A DNA stretch of 64,000 nucleotides, from NCBI GenBank assembly GCA_965204165.1, contig OZ241969.1, positions 4,088,735 through 4,152,734 on the forward strand, read 5' to 3'. The DNA comes from Candidatus Poriferihabitaceae bacterium (GTDB lineage Bacteria; Pseudomonadota; Gammaproteobacteria; Arenicellales; Poriferihabitantaceae). Position 1 is the first letter of the stretch, and each line of letters opens with the position of its first letter. Shown piece after piece: positions 45,936-55,709 of this stretch. The position numbers and the translations under genes are program-made. The notes under the pieces are model-generated. The model was given only the letters and a program-made list of their open reading frames with translations, did not search any database and was not told the origin of the DNA.

Positions 45936-47318
45936 CTAGAAAAAACCGGGGGTGACCTGGAACAGTTTTTCCACTTCGGGAATCCGCCGCTTGTCGATGA
46001 GGAAGATGATGATGTGATCAAGCTCCTGGACCACGACTTCGTCGTCAAGAGGCACCAGGGTGTCCTCCCGCAGGATGGCGCCGATGGTGGCGCCTTCCGG
46101 CAACTGGATCTCCGCAAGCCGCCGTCCCACCAGCTTCGAATGCCTGCGATCACCGTGCGCCACCGCCTCGATCGCCTCGGCCACGCCCCGGCGGAGTGAA
46201 TGGGCGGCCACCACGTCCCCCCTTCGCACCCTGGAAAGCAGCGCGCTGACCGTGGACATCCGCGGGGAAATGGCAATATCAAGCACGTCGCTCTCAATCA
46301 GGTCCACGTAGGCCGGGCGGTTGACGATGGCCATGGCCCGGCGGGCGCCCAGGCGCTTGGCCAGCATGGCGGACAGGATATTGGCCTCGTCCGCGTTGGT
46401 GAGCGAACAGAACAGTTCCATGCTATCGATGTTTTCCTGGCGGAGCAGTTCCTCGTCGGCGGCATCACCCTGGAGGACCATGCTGCTGCCCAGTTTCTCC
46501 GACACCAGCCTGGCCCTGTCCGCGTCACGCTCGATCAGCTTTACCTGGTATCCGGAACTCTCCAGCGACAGTGCCAGCTGCAGCCCGATGTTCCCGGCAC
46601 CGGCCAGTATGACCTTGTTGCCGACCTCCTCGATGGTACGCAGTTCCTGCATGACCTTGTGGATATCCTCCTGCGTGGCGATGAAAAACACCTCGTCATC
46701 CGGTTCGATGACGGTACGCCCCGTGGGAATGATCGCGCGGTCCTGGCGGTAGATCGCAGCGACCCGGGAATTCACCGAAGGCAGATGATCCTTGAGTTCC
46801 CGCAACTGGTGGCCCACCAGGGCGCCGCCGTAATAGGCCCTGAGCGCCACCAGGTGCACCTTTCCCCGGGCGAAATCGATGACCTGCAGGGCACCGGGGA
46901 ATTCGATCAGGCGACTGATCTGGTTGGTGACGATCTGTTCCGGGCTGATGATGCTGTCCACCGGAATCGCCTCGTCGCTGAACAGGGACTTATGCTGCAG
47001 GTAGTCGGGTGAGCGGACCCGGGCCATCTTGGTGGAGATTTTGAAGAGGGTGTGCGCAACCTGGCAGGCCACCATGTTGACCTCATCGTAATGGGTGACC
47101 GCAAGCAGAAGATCCACGTCGGCCGCCCCGGCCTGGGCCAGAACCTCCGGGGAGGAGGCCTCGCCAACCACGGTGCGAATATCCATCCGGTCCTGCAGGC
47201 TGTCCAGCAATTGCCGGTTCTGGTCCACCAGGGTAATGTCATTGTTCTCCCGGGAGAGTATCTCGGCGATTGAGCTGCCGACCTGGCCAGCCCCGAGGAT
47301 GATGATTTTCATGGACAC
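45936..47318 (-). CDS. trkA: Trk system NAD-binding subunit
   Basis: MKIIILGAGQVGSS and a second VILAGAGNIGLQ Rossmann repeat. Confidence 0.95.
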   Translation of the reverse strand: MSMKIIILGAGQVGSSIAEILSRENNDITLVDQNRQLLDSLQDRMDIRTVVGEASSPEVLAQAGAADVDLLLAVTHYDEVNMVACQVAHTLFKISTKMARVRSPDYLQHKSLFSDEAIPVDSIISPEQIVTNQISRLIEFPGALQVIDFARGKVHLVALRAYYGGALVGHQLRELKDHLPSVNSRVAAIYRQDRAIIPTGRTVIEPDDEVFFIATQEDIHKVMQELRTIEEVGNKVILAGAGNIGLQLALSLESSGYQVKLIERDADRARLVSEKLGSSMVLQGDAADEELLRQENIDSMELFCSLTNADEANILSAMLAKRLGARRAMAIVNRPAYVDLIESDVLDIAISPRMSTVSALLSRVRRGDVVAAHSLRRGVAEAIEAVAHGDRRHSKLVGRRLAEIQLPEGATIGAILREDTLVPLDDEVVVQELDHIIIFLIDKRRIPEVEKLFQVTPGFF

Positions 47319-47357
47319 TTTCGCGTTGCCGCCGGCCTCACGTACAGGCAGACGGGA

Positions 47358-48665
47358 TTATAGTTTACCCAACCGGCAATAATAAAAGCCGTCCCCGTCA
47401 TGGACGCCGGGCAGTCGCTGGATCCCGTGGCGGGTGGCAAGGCCGGGAATCACGGCCAGGGGATTCACCCTAGCGCCGGTATGCCGGCGCAGAAATCCGT
47501 CGATTACGCCGTCATTTTCCCGGGGCATGATCGAGCACGTGACATACAGGAGCGTCCCGCCCGGAACCAGCAGTTCCCAGGCGGTTTCCAGCAGGTGTTG
47601 CTGCTGCGTTGCGAATCGTTCGAGATCTCCGGGCTGCCGGCGATGGCGGATATCCGGATGTCGGCGGATCACGCCGGTTCCCGAGCAGGGCACGTCCAGC
47701 AGTATACAGTCCCAGGGATCCCATTCCCCCCAGTCGGCCAGTTCCTCAAGACCGCCCGTCCGAATATCCGCCTCGAGCCCGATGCGCCGAAGATTCTGCC
47801 GTATGCCGTCCGCGCGCTCCGGCATATCCACGGCAGTAAGCCGGATCCCGGGCTCGCTTTCAAGCATGGCGCATGTCTTGCCGCCCGGGGCCGCGCAGGC
47901 GTCGAGCACCCGCAATCCGGGCCGAAGGTCCATCGCGGCCACGCACAGCTGGGCGGATTCGTCCTGCACCGACACCCAGCCCTCCTCAAACATGGGGATG
48001 GCGCCCACACCCGAAGGACAGGCCAGGTTCATCCCCACCGGCGAATCCCGGGTGATCTCCACACCGATGCCGCGGTCATCCAGCAGTGCCAGGTAACCTT
48101 CCCGGGTCGTTTTCAGGGGGTTGACCCTGAGAGTCATGGGAGGACGTTCATTGAACGCGTGAAAGATCGCCCCGGCGTGGTCGGGCCAGGCCTGCTGGAT
48201 CCACTGGTGCAGATGTGTCGGCAACGACGTGCGCTGGGCCGGGGCCAGCTCCTCTTCGAGTTCCGTCAGGCGCCCGTCGTCCCGCTTGCGAAGGTAGCCA
48301 CGCAAAACGCCATTGACCAGTCCCCGGGCCCAAGCCTGGCGGGAGGCACCCAGCGCGGCAACAGACTGGTTGACGGCGGCATGATCCGGCACGCGCATGT
48401 GGATGATCTGGTAAAGCCCCGCCACCAGCAGGAAATGGATCATCCGGTCCTTCCTGCGGATGGGCTTTGAGAGCAGCGAGAAAATGATCCCGTCCAGATG
48501 GCAGTAGTGCCGGCATCCGCCGAAACTGATTTCCCGCAGTGCGCCGACCTGGTCCGGCCGGACCCGTCTTTCCTGTGCCTGGAGCGTCTGGTCCAGGGAG
48601 CGGCCCTGGTCGATGACATCGCGTAACACATGGGCCGCGGCGATCTGCAGGGAGGCCCTAGCCAA
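47358..48665 (-). CDS. rsmB: 16S rRNA (cytosine967-C5)-methyltransferase
   Basis: NusB-like N-terminal domain, DACAAPGGKT and DVPCSGTGVIRRHPD. TTG 48665 start is inferred from alignment to E. coli RsmB length; the listed ORF extends to 48776, inside fmt. Confidence 0.9.
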   Translation of the reverse strand: MARASLQIAAAHVLRDVIDQGRSLDQTLQAQERRVRPDQVGALREISFGGCRHYCHLDGIIFSLLSKPIRRKDRMIHFLLVAGLYQIIHMRVPDHAAVNQSVAALGASRQAWARGLVNGVLRGYLRKRDDGRLTELEEELAPAQRTSLPTHLHQWIQQAWPDHAGAIFHAFNERPPMTLRVNPLKTTREGYLALLDDRGIGVEITRDSPVGMNLACPSGVGAIPMFEEGWVSVQDESAQLCVAAMDLRPGLRVLDACAAPGGKTCAMLESEPGIRLTAVDMPERADGIRQNLRRIGLEADIRTGGLEELADWGEWDPWDCILLDVPCSGTGVIRRHPDIRHRRQPGDLERFATQQQHLLETAWELLVPGGTLLYVTCSIMPRENDGVIDGFLRRHTGARVNPLAVIPGLATRHGIQRLPGVHDGDGFYYCRLGKL

Positions 48666-49599
48666 GTCGTTCGCCCGCCGAAATGCCGGTACCGTTGAGA
48701 AAATCCCGCGCCTCCATGGCCCTTGCGCCGGCACTTTGCAGCCGGGCCACGCGGATGGCGCCCCGGCCGCAGGCAATGACGATTCCCTCGGCGCCCGCGG
48801 ACAGCACCTCTCCGGGCGCCCCCCCTGCTCCGATACCGGGTTCTTCCCAGGCCATCAGCAACCGCAGCCTCTTCCCGCGAAAGGAAGTCGAGGTCATCGG
48901 CCAGGGATTGAATGCCCGGATCCTGCGGGCAATGTCCACGGCGGATCCGTTCCAGTTGATCCGCGCCTCCTCCGGGGAGAACTTGGCCGCGTAGGTGACC
49001 TGGCCGGGATCCTGGTCCACTGCGGGAAGCGTTTCTTCCAGAATGCCGTCAAGGTGGTCCAAGAGCAGCTGTCCACCGGCCGTTGCCAACTTGGCCTGCA
49101 ATGTGCCGCCGGTATCCCGCGCGTCCACCGCCACCTCCGACCGGGCGTACACCGGGCCGTCGTCCAGCCCGGCCTCCATCCGCATCAGGGAGACGCCGGT
49201 GACCGCATCCCCCGCTTCGATGGCACGCTGCACCGGTGCCGCCCCGCGCCAGCGCGGCAACAGCGAGCCGTGCACGTTGACACAGCCCCGCGTGGGTACG
49301 GCCAGGATTGCCGGGGGCAGGATCAGCCCGTAGGCAGCCACCACCACCAGGCCAGGTTCCAGGCGGGTCAGTGTTTCCGCGGCATCCCCCGTATCCAGGT
49401 AGTGGGGCTGGCTGACCGGGATGTCCAGTGCGGCCGCAAGGGCCTTGACAGGCGACGGGGTCAGCTTCCTGCCGCGTCCGGCAGGCCTGTCCGGCTGCGT
49501 GTACACGACCACGACCTCGACGCCTGCATGGGACGCCAGCGCCTCCAGGCTGGGTAGGGCGAATTCAGAAGTGCCAGCGAAGACGACTTTTGCTGACAA
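48658..49599 (-). CDS. fmt: methionyl-tRNA formyltransferase
   Basis: HGSLLPRWRGAAPVQRAI. Confidence 0.95.
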   Translation of the reverse strand: MSAKVVFAGTSEFALPSLEALASHAGVEVVVVYTQPDRPAGRGRKLTPSPVKALAAALDIPVSQPHYLDTGDAAETLTRLEPGLVVVAAYGLILPPAILAVPTRGCVNVHGSLLPRWRGAAPVQRAIEAGDAVTGVSLMRMEAGLDDGPVYARSEVAVDARDTGGTLQAKLATAGGQLLLDHLDGILEETLPAVDQDPGQVTYAAKFSPEEARINWNGSAVDIARRIRAFNPWPMTSTSFRGKRLRLLMAWEEPGIGAGGAPGEVLSAGAEGIVIACGRGAIRVARLQSAGARAMEARDFLNGTGISAGERLG

Positions 49600-49655
49600 G
49601 GCGTGTCGAGCCGGTTGCGTGGAAACGCGGAAGTTTTCCTGGCGGGCTGTTCCGG

Positions 49656-50165
49656 TCAGGCCGCCTGGGCCTGCTTCTGCTCCTTCAGCAGCTTCTTCCG
49701 GACGCGGTACTGTTTGATGCGGGAAAGATAGTCCACGAACACCTTCCCGTCCAGATGGTCCACTTCATGCTGTATGCATACCGACAGAATACCGTCCGCC
49801 TCGAATTCGAACGGTTCACCGTCGACATTCATGGCCCTGACATGCACACGCTCCGCCCGTTCCACGGGGGCAAAGAACCCCGGAACGGAAAGGCAGCCCT
49901 CCTCGTACTCCCGTGTGCCTTCCAAGGGCTTGATCTCGGGATTGACGAAGACCAGAAGATCGTCCTTCTCCTCGGTTAGATCCATCACGATCACGCGCAA
50001 CGGCACGTTGACCTGGACCGCCGCAAGACCGATCCCCGGCGCGGCATACATCGTCTCCGCCATGTCCGCCACTAGGGTCTTCAGTTCCTGGTCGAATTCG
50101 GTCACGGGACTGGCGCGCTGCCGAAGCCGTTTGTCCGGGTAGACCAGAATGTCGCGTATCGCCAT
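49656..50165 (-). CDS. def: peptide deformylase
   Basis: [25 protein letters not shown]. Confidence 0.95.
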   Translation of the reverse strand: MAIRDILVYPDKRLRQRASPVTEFDQELKTLVADMAETMYAAPGIGLAAVQVNVPLRVIVMDLTEEKDDLLVFVNPEIKPLEGTREYEEGCLSVPGFFAPVERAERVHVRAMNVDGEPFEFEADGILSVCIQHEVDHLDGKVFVDYLSRIKQYRVRKKLLKEQKQAQAA

Positions 50166-50289
50166 GATCTTCGGTTAGGGTCCCAAGGGTACGATTGTAG
50201 TTTCCAGGGCCCCAAAGGTCCAGTTGACCCAAGGTAATCCCCCGGCAGGAAGGTTCCTGCGGAAGAGCCCGGGCGGGACGCCGCCCCGT

Positions 50290-51018
50290 TCAGAACACCT
50301 CGCCGAACAGCTTGATCATCGCCGCCCAGGAATCCCGGTCCGCATCCGCATCGTATCCCACCGGAAGCCCGAACTTGCGCCCGTTTTCATCAGCCTCCCG
50401 ACTGCTGAAACCATGCATGGCGCCCGGGTGCACGATGACCTCATAGTCCGCATTCGCCACGTCCATCTCATTGCGAAAGGCCGCCACGTCATCCATGGAC
50501 ACCATGGCATCCGCGCCACCATGGCAGACCAGCACCCTGGCCTTCACCTCGCCCGGACCGGGTTCGTGGAATGACCCAAGGGCCCCGTGGAAGCTGACTG
50601 CCGCGCCGAGAGGCATGCTGATCCGCGCCATGTGCAGTGCCATGGCGCCTCCGAAGCAGTAGCCGATGGCGGCAGTGCGCCCGGCGTCCACCCGGGACTG
50701 TTCCAGCAGGGTATCAAGGCCGGCCCTGAGCCGTCCGGTGCCGGCGGCCATGTCCCCCAGCACCGCATTCATCGCGGCGCCGGCTTCGTCCGGCGTTGCG
50801 GCGGTATGACCATCCCCGTACATGTCGATGGCAAGCGCGCAATATCCCTGTTCCGCCAACTGATCGGCGCGGCCGCGGATATAGTCAGTCAGACCCCACC
50901 ATTCATGAATCACCACAATACCCGGTCTCGGCCCTTCAAGATCGCCGTCCCAGGCCAGGTACCCGACATGATCCGTGGTGCCGCTGTTATAGTTGATAGC
51001 CTGTGACTGGAGATTCAT
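50290..51018 (-). CDS. dienelactone hydrolase family protein
   Basis: GYCFGG nucleophile elbow. Start at MNLQSQA (cat 51016-51018). Confidence 0.85.
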   Translation of the reverse strand: MNLQSQAINYNSGTTDHVGYLAWDGDLEGPRPGIVVIHEWWGLTDYIRGRADQLAEQGYCALAIDMYGDGHTAATPDEAGAAMNAVLGDMAAGTGRLRAGLDTLLEQSRVDAGRTAAIGYCFGGAMALHMARISMPLGAAVSFHGALGSFHEPGPGEVKARVLVCHGGADAMVSMDDVAAFRNEMDVANADYEVIVHPGAMHGFSSREADENGRKFGLPVGYDADADRDSWAAMIKLFGEVF

Positions 51019-51081
51019 GGCCGTATTCTCTGGAGAGTCTGCGATACGGCATTGTAATGACCAGCGGGCGATAAGAAAAGG

Positions 51082-51099
51082 TGCCTTCGGTCTTACTCC
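51082..51099. repeat. left copy of an 18-bp direct repeat flanking the DUF4338-ISAs1 segment
   Basis: TGCCTTCGGTCTTACTCC, versus TGCCTTGGGTCTTACTCC at 53207-53224 (17/18 identical). Confidence 0.7.
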
Positions 51100-51220
51100 A
51101 GGGTAATTCTTTTCTGCAGAGTTTTTTCTTCCGGTCAAAGGACTTACCCCAAACACTGGACTTTTCCCCCGGGTACTGGTATAAATCCCGTCACAAGACC
51201 ATCAGACGGACATACGCAAG

Positions 51221-52998
51221 GTGGACCTTTCAGAGGTGTCGGTAGACATCGTGCCGGCAACAGATGAACCCCGGTTCCGGGACCTGATGCAGGCGCATCA
51301 CTATCTCGGCTCGGTGCCGGCGCGGGGCGAGACGCTGCGCTATGTGGCCCATCACCGGGGGCGCTGGCTGGCACTGGCCATGTTTTCGGCATCGGCGCTG
51401 AAATGCGGCGCCCGGGACCGGTGGATCGGCTGGGAGTACGGCATCCGGTTCGGCCGCCTGCACCTGATCACCAACAACTCGCGCTTCCTGATCCTGCCCG
51501 GCGCACCGCGCAACCTCGGCTCGCGCGTGCTTTCCCTGTGCACCCGCCGCCTCGCCCGCGACTGGCCGCTCCGCTTCGGTCACGGCCTCCTGCTGGTGGA
51601 GACCTTCGTCGACCCCGCCCGCTTCCACGGCACCGTCTACCGCGCCGCCAACTGGATCGAGGTCGGGCATACCCGGGGCTTCGGCCGCGAGGGCCCGGGC
51701 TACAGCGAACACGCAAATCCCAAGCTCGTCTTCGTCCATCCCCTGTCGCGCACCGCCCGCGCCCGCCTCCGGGACCCCTGCCTCGACACCACACTGCAAC
51801 ATGGAGTACCCAGGATGACTCTCACCGCCGAACAGATGCGATCCCTGCCCGACTTCTTCCGCGACATCGACGATCCCCGACGCCGCCAGGGCCGCCGCCA
51901 CGCCCTGTCCACCATGCTGGCATTGGCAGCAGCGGCCACGCTCTGCGGCATGCGCGGCTACAAGGCCATGAGCGAATGGATCGACGACCTCAGCCCCAGG
52001 GTCCTGGAACGTTTCCGCGTACGCCGTTCCAGGAGCGGACACCAGGTGCCCAGCCTGTCCGCCATCCGCAGCGTCCTCATCCGCATCGACCCGGACCAGT
52101 TCGATGCCGCCCTGCGGGCGTGGCACCAGGTCCATGGCCCAAAGGACACCGCCATTGCCGTCGACGGCAAGACCATCCGGGGCGCCATCGATGACCAGGG
52201 CAACCGGCCCCATGTGCTCGGCGCCGTCGGCCACCACACCGGAATCCCCTGGAGTCAAAAAAAGTCGGCCTGAAACCGGGGGCCGATGACGAAACCAAAC
52301 GCACCAACGAGATCGGCATCGTCATCCCGCTGCTCGACACCCTCTCCGACATCGAAGGATGCACCATCACCACCGATGCCATGCTCACCCAACGCAAGCT
52401 CGCCGACTATCTCCACGGACGCCGCGCCCACTACCTCTTCACCGTCAAGGGCAACCAGAAAAACCTGCTCGCCGATATCCGACTGCTCCTCGACCGCCAC
52501 ATCCAGCGCCGTCCGCCGGACTTCACCGACCAGGCCCCCAAACCCGTCCATGGCCGCCGGGAGCGCCGTTCCGTCTGGGTCTCGGACAAGCTCAACCACT
52601 ACCTCCAGTTCCCCAACGTCGGACAGGTCTTCGCCGTGATGCGTGAAACCACCGAAACCGCAACCGGCAGGAAACGCCGTGAGATCGCCTACGGAATCAC
52701 CAGCCTGACCCCAAATGACGCCTCCCCCGAGCGAATCCTCTCCCTCAACCGCGGGCACTGGTCCGTCGAGGCCATGCATCATGTCCTCGACTGGACCTTC
52801 GACGAGGACCGCAGCCGAATCCGGGCCGGACACGGTCCCCAGAACATGTCCCGCCTCAGGCGATTCGCCATCGGCATCATACAGAGCCGGGGCCTCGCCG
52901 TCGCCGAAACCATGCGCCACCTCGCCAGGAATCCCCGACGCATGCTCGACTTCCTCAAGATGACCGACAACGCCAGGCCATACCCGGCTACCGGCTGA
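51221..52998 (+). pseudogene. DUF4338-ISAs1-family transposase, split by a -1 frame change at an A7 run
   Basis: N-terminus HHYLG..RWLALAMFSASALKCGARDRWIGW..NNSRFLILPG is DUF4338. FFRDIDDPRRRQGRRH is the ISAs1-associated domain. The DDE part continues in frame -1 after 52257-52263 (..SQKK/VGLKPGADDE..TTDAMLTQ..HWSVEAMHHVLD). Confidence 0.75.
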
Positions 52999-53206
52999 GC
53001 ATCCCTCCAGGCCCCGAATCCTCAGCCCCTCAACACACAGGGGCGGGAACAGTCATGCCTCAACGGAACGGAAATCCACCTCCGGGAACATCAACCTGCC
53101 CGGTGTAACCACCATGGCGGCCAATTCAGTCCAAAGTGGCCAAAATAATCCGTGATAAATCCCAAGCACGGCAGTAACGATCTCTTCGGGCGAATCAGAA
53201 CAAATT

Positions 53207-53224
53207 TGCCTTGGGTCTTACTCC
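53207..53224. repeat. right copy of the 18-bp direct repeat
   Basis: TGCCTTGGGTCTTACTCC; see 51082-51099. Confidence 0.7.
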
Positions 53225-53353
53225 CCCTGCCCGCCTGTTTTTCCACGAAGGACCCTCCTCCCCACTCCGAAATTCATCACTCGCCGCTATCCCCGAATCA
53301 GGCATCCCCGAGAGACTTGGGTGCCTTGGACAGTGCGAAACGCTAAATCCGCC

Positions 53354-53382
53354 TTGTCATTTTGTACCACTTATGGTACATA
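53354..53382 (+). promoter_or_regulatory. candidate higBA promoter with operator palindrome
   Basis: TTGTCA-17 nt-TACATA. The spacer contains GTACCActtaTGGTAC (inverted 6-mers). Confidence 0.35.
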
Positions 53383-53388
53383 TGGTGA

Positions 53389-53739
53389 GTGACGATGATG
53401 AAGCAGTTCCCGGCAAGGTTCTTTGAGTCCGATGCCGGAAACCAACCAGTCCGGGATTGGCTATTGTCCCTGTCAGCTGAAGATCGCAAGATCATTGGCG
53501 ACGACATCAGGACGGCTGAATTCGGCTGGCCGGTTGGCATGCCGCTTTGTCGGTCTATCAAAGGCCAGAACGGACTTTGGGAGATCAGGAGCAATCTGAA
53601 TGGTGGCCGCATCGCCCGCGTTTTCTTCTGTGCCCATGAGGGTAACATGGTCTTGCTGCAAGGATTCATCAAGAAAAGCCGGGCGACGCAGGACAGGGAA
53701 ATCGCTGTTGCCGTGGGACGAATGAGAGGTTTGACATGA
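53389..53739 (+). CDS. higB: RelE/ParE-superfamily toxin (HigB/Gp49-like)
   Basis: 116 aa (FFESDAGNQPVRDWLLSL...GLWEIRSNL..GRIARVFF). Toxin-first order, overlapping the antitoxin by 4 nt. Confidence 0.8.
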   Translation: MTMMKQFPARFFESDAGNQPVRDWLLSLSAEDRKIIGDDIRTAEFGWPVGMPLCRSIKGQNGLWEIRSNLNGGRIARVFFCAHEGNMVLLQGFIKKSRATQDREIAVAVGRMRGLT

Positions 53740-54029
53740 GCAAAAATATTGAGCAAGGCAAAGCCGGGCAACTCTTCGGAGACTTCCTCAAGGAGCAAGG
53801 CACACTTGAGGACACTACCGAACGAGCCATCAAACGCGTGCTTGCCTATCAGCTTGCCACCGAAATGAAGCGACAGAATATCACCAAGGTCGAAATGGCC
53901 CGGCGTCTGGATACCAGCCGCTCGCAACTCGACCGACTGCTTGATCCTGAAAAAGACAACGTAACCTTGGCTACCCTGGCGCGCGCAGCGAAAGCAGTTG
54001 GCCGCACACTGCATCTGGAACTGCAGTAG
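53736..54029 (+). CDS. higA: XRE-family HTH antitoxin (HigA-like)
   Basis: ITKVEMARRLDTSRSQLDRLLDP. Confidence 0.8.
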   Translation: MSKNIEQGKAGQLFGDFLKEQGTLEDTTERAIKRVLAYQLATEMKRQNITKVEMARRLDTSRSQLDRLLDPEKDNVTLATLARAAKAVGRTLHLELQ

Positions 54030-54243
54030 CAGGCGAATTGCCTTCTTCCTGCCTCTGAGTCTGACTGCAACTTGGCAACATCGTCGGGAACCGGCCGGTG
54101 CCGATGGCCCCGGCCACTTGCTGGTACGTATAGTCGTACTCTCCCCGAATCCAGAAACAGTTTTCCTCGTATCCGGCCGGCACGGCAACCTGTGTGCTCA
54201 GTCGGCCCGGTAGGATATGCAGATCGGTGCCGATCCGGGAGAA

Positions 54244-54963
54244 TTATTCATGACCTACTCCCGAACCCAGAAACATCTCCAAAATCCGGGCGTGACCGAT
54301 TGCCTGGTCGCTCGTTCCTGACCAGGTGATACGGCCTGATTCAAGTACGGCAACTCGATCGGCCGCACGCAAGACCCGCTCGGTATTCTGTTCGACGACC
54401 AGGATAGCGAGGCCTTCATCCCGAAGTTCGGACAGGGCGCGGTAGCACTCGTCGATCGCGATCGGCATCAGACCGAGGGACAGTTCGTCGATCAGAAGAA
54501 TCGCCGGCATCGCCATCGTCGCCCTGCTGATCGCGAGCATCTGCTGCTCGCCGCCGGAGAGGGACCCGGCGAGTTGACGGCGCCGTTCAGACAGACGCGG
54601 GAAAGTTTCGAAGACCTTTTCGCGTGCCTGGCTGAGTGCCTTATTGCCCAGGCGTGTCCCGCCGACCGTAAGGTTCTCGTCGACAGTCAGATCGGCAAAA
54701 ACCCGGCGACCCTCCGGCACGAGCGCCATACCCTCGGTAATCCGGGAATGGGCAGGCATCGTGGTGATGTCGTTCCCGTCGACCCGGACCGTACCCCGGC
54801 GCACGGGAATCAATCCCGCCAGGGCCATGATGGTCGCGCTCTTGCCGGCGCCATTGGCACCGAGGAGGCCGAGCATCTCACCGGCTCCAATCTTGATAGA
54901 AAGGTCATGAACGGCGGTGACATCGCCATAACCGCAGCTGAGCTTCTCAACCTCCAGCTTCAT
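54244..54963 (-). CDS. HAAT-family ABC transporter ATP-binding protein (LivF-like)
   Basis: GANGAGKS, LSGGEQQML. Confidence 0.9.
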   Translation of the reverse strand: MKLEVEKLSCGYGDVTAVHDLSIKIGAGEMLGLLGANGAGKSATIMALAGLIPVRRGTVRVDGNDITTMPAHSRITEGMALVPEGRRVFADLTVDENLTVGGTRLGNKALSQAREKVFETFPRLSERRRQLAGSLSGGEQQMLAISRATMAMPAILLIDELSLGLMPIAIDECYRALSELRDEGLAILVVEQNTERVLRAADRVAVLESGRITWSGTSDQAIGHARILEMFLGSGVGHE

Positions 54964-55709
54964 GCCCGCTCCTCACCAAGGTATGCGCGCCGGAGTTCGG
55001 GACTTGCCAGCACTTCATCGGCCCGGCCGTCGACGAGTCCCCTGCCATTGTCCTGGACGTAAATCCGGGGGCAGATACGGGAGACCTCGCCAACGTTGTG
55101 CTCAATAAGGACGATGCCGCGGTGCTTCCCCGCCAGGGTTGCGATCAGGTCCGCCATGGCACGGGCTTCCCCCTGGTTGAGGCCTGCCAGCGGCTCGTCA
55201 AGAAGGAGCAGCACAGGTTCCAGCGCAAGGGCACGGGCGACTTCAAGACGCTTCAGGTCGCCAAGCGGAAGTTCCGTCGGCATCATACTTAGGGCATCGC
55301 CCAGACCGACGAAATCAAGAAGCTCCCCTGCTTTCGCCCGTTCCGTTTCGCGATCGGTACGAAGCAGGGCAGCGAGAGGACTCACCATGCGGTGGGCGCC
55401 CGCCGCGAGCGCGACGTTGTCAACCAGGGAAAGGGATGCAAGCGGCTTCACAATCTGCTGGGCCAACGCCAACCCGGCACGGATGCGGCGGTCGACCGGC
55501 CAGCGGGTCACATCCTCGCCGCGGAAAAGAACCCGCCCGGTTTGCGGGCGCAGCACCCCGGTAATGATGCGCATCAGGGTTGTCTTTCCGGCACCGTTGG
55601 GACCGATGAACCCCAGCATCTCGCCCTGGTCCACACTGAGCGAGACATCCTCGACTGCTACCACCCCACCGAAACGCATGGTGACATTCTCGACCTTGAG
55701 CAGACTCAT
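54960..55709 (-). CDS. HAAT-family ABC transporter ATP-binding protein (LivG-like)
   Basis: MSLLKVENVTMRFGG..GPNGAGKTT. Start at cat 55707-55709; the listed ORF is longer. Confidence 0.9.
   Translation of the reverse strand: MSLLKVENVTMRFGGVVAVEDVSLSVDQGEMLGFIGPNGAGKTTLMRIITGVLRPQTGRVLFRGEDVTRWPVDRRIRAGLALAQQIVKPLASLSLVDNVALAAGAHRMVSPLAALLRTDRETERAKAGELLDFVGLGDALSMMPTELPLGDLKRLEVARALALEPVLLLLDEPLAGLNQGEARAMADLIATLAGKHRGIVLIEHNVGEVSRICPRIYVQDNGRGLVDGRADEVLASPELRRAYLGEERA

Noticed and set aside
51221-51790. DUF4338 domain as a sign of a Druantia-type anti-phage system.
   Set aside because: The domain is fused to an ISAs1 transposase. None of the large Druantia partners (DruB-E, the DUF1998 helicase) is nearby, so this is a mobile-element context rather than a defence operon.
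53971-54183. 70-aa minus-strand ORF downstream of the LivF-like gene (..PAGYEENCFWIRGEYDYTYQQVAGAIGTG..) that looks protein-like.
   Set aside because: No family was recognised. It overlaps the 3' end of higA and has no upstream RBS. It may be a remnant of a gene truncated by the higBA/IS insertion, but the support is too weak to call.
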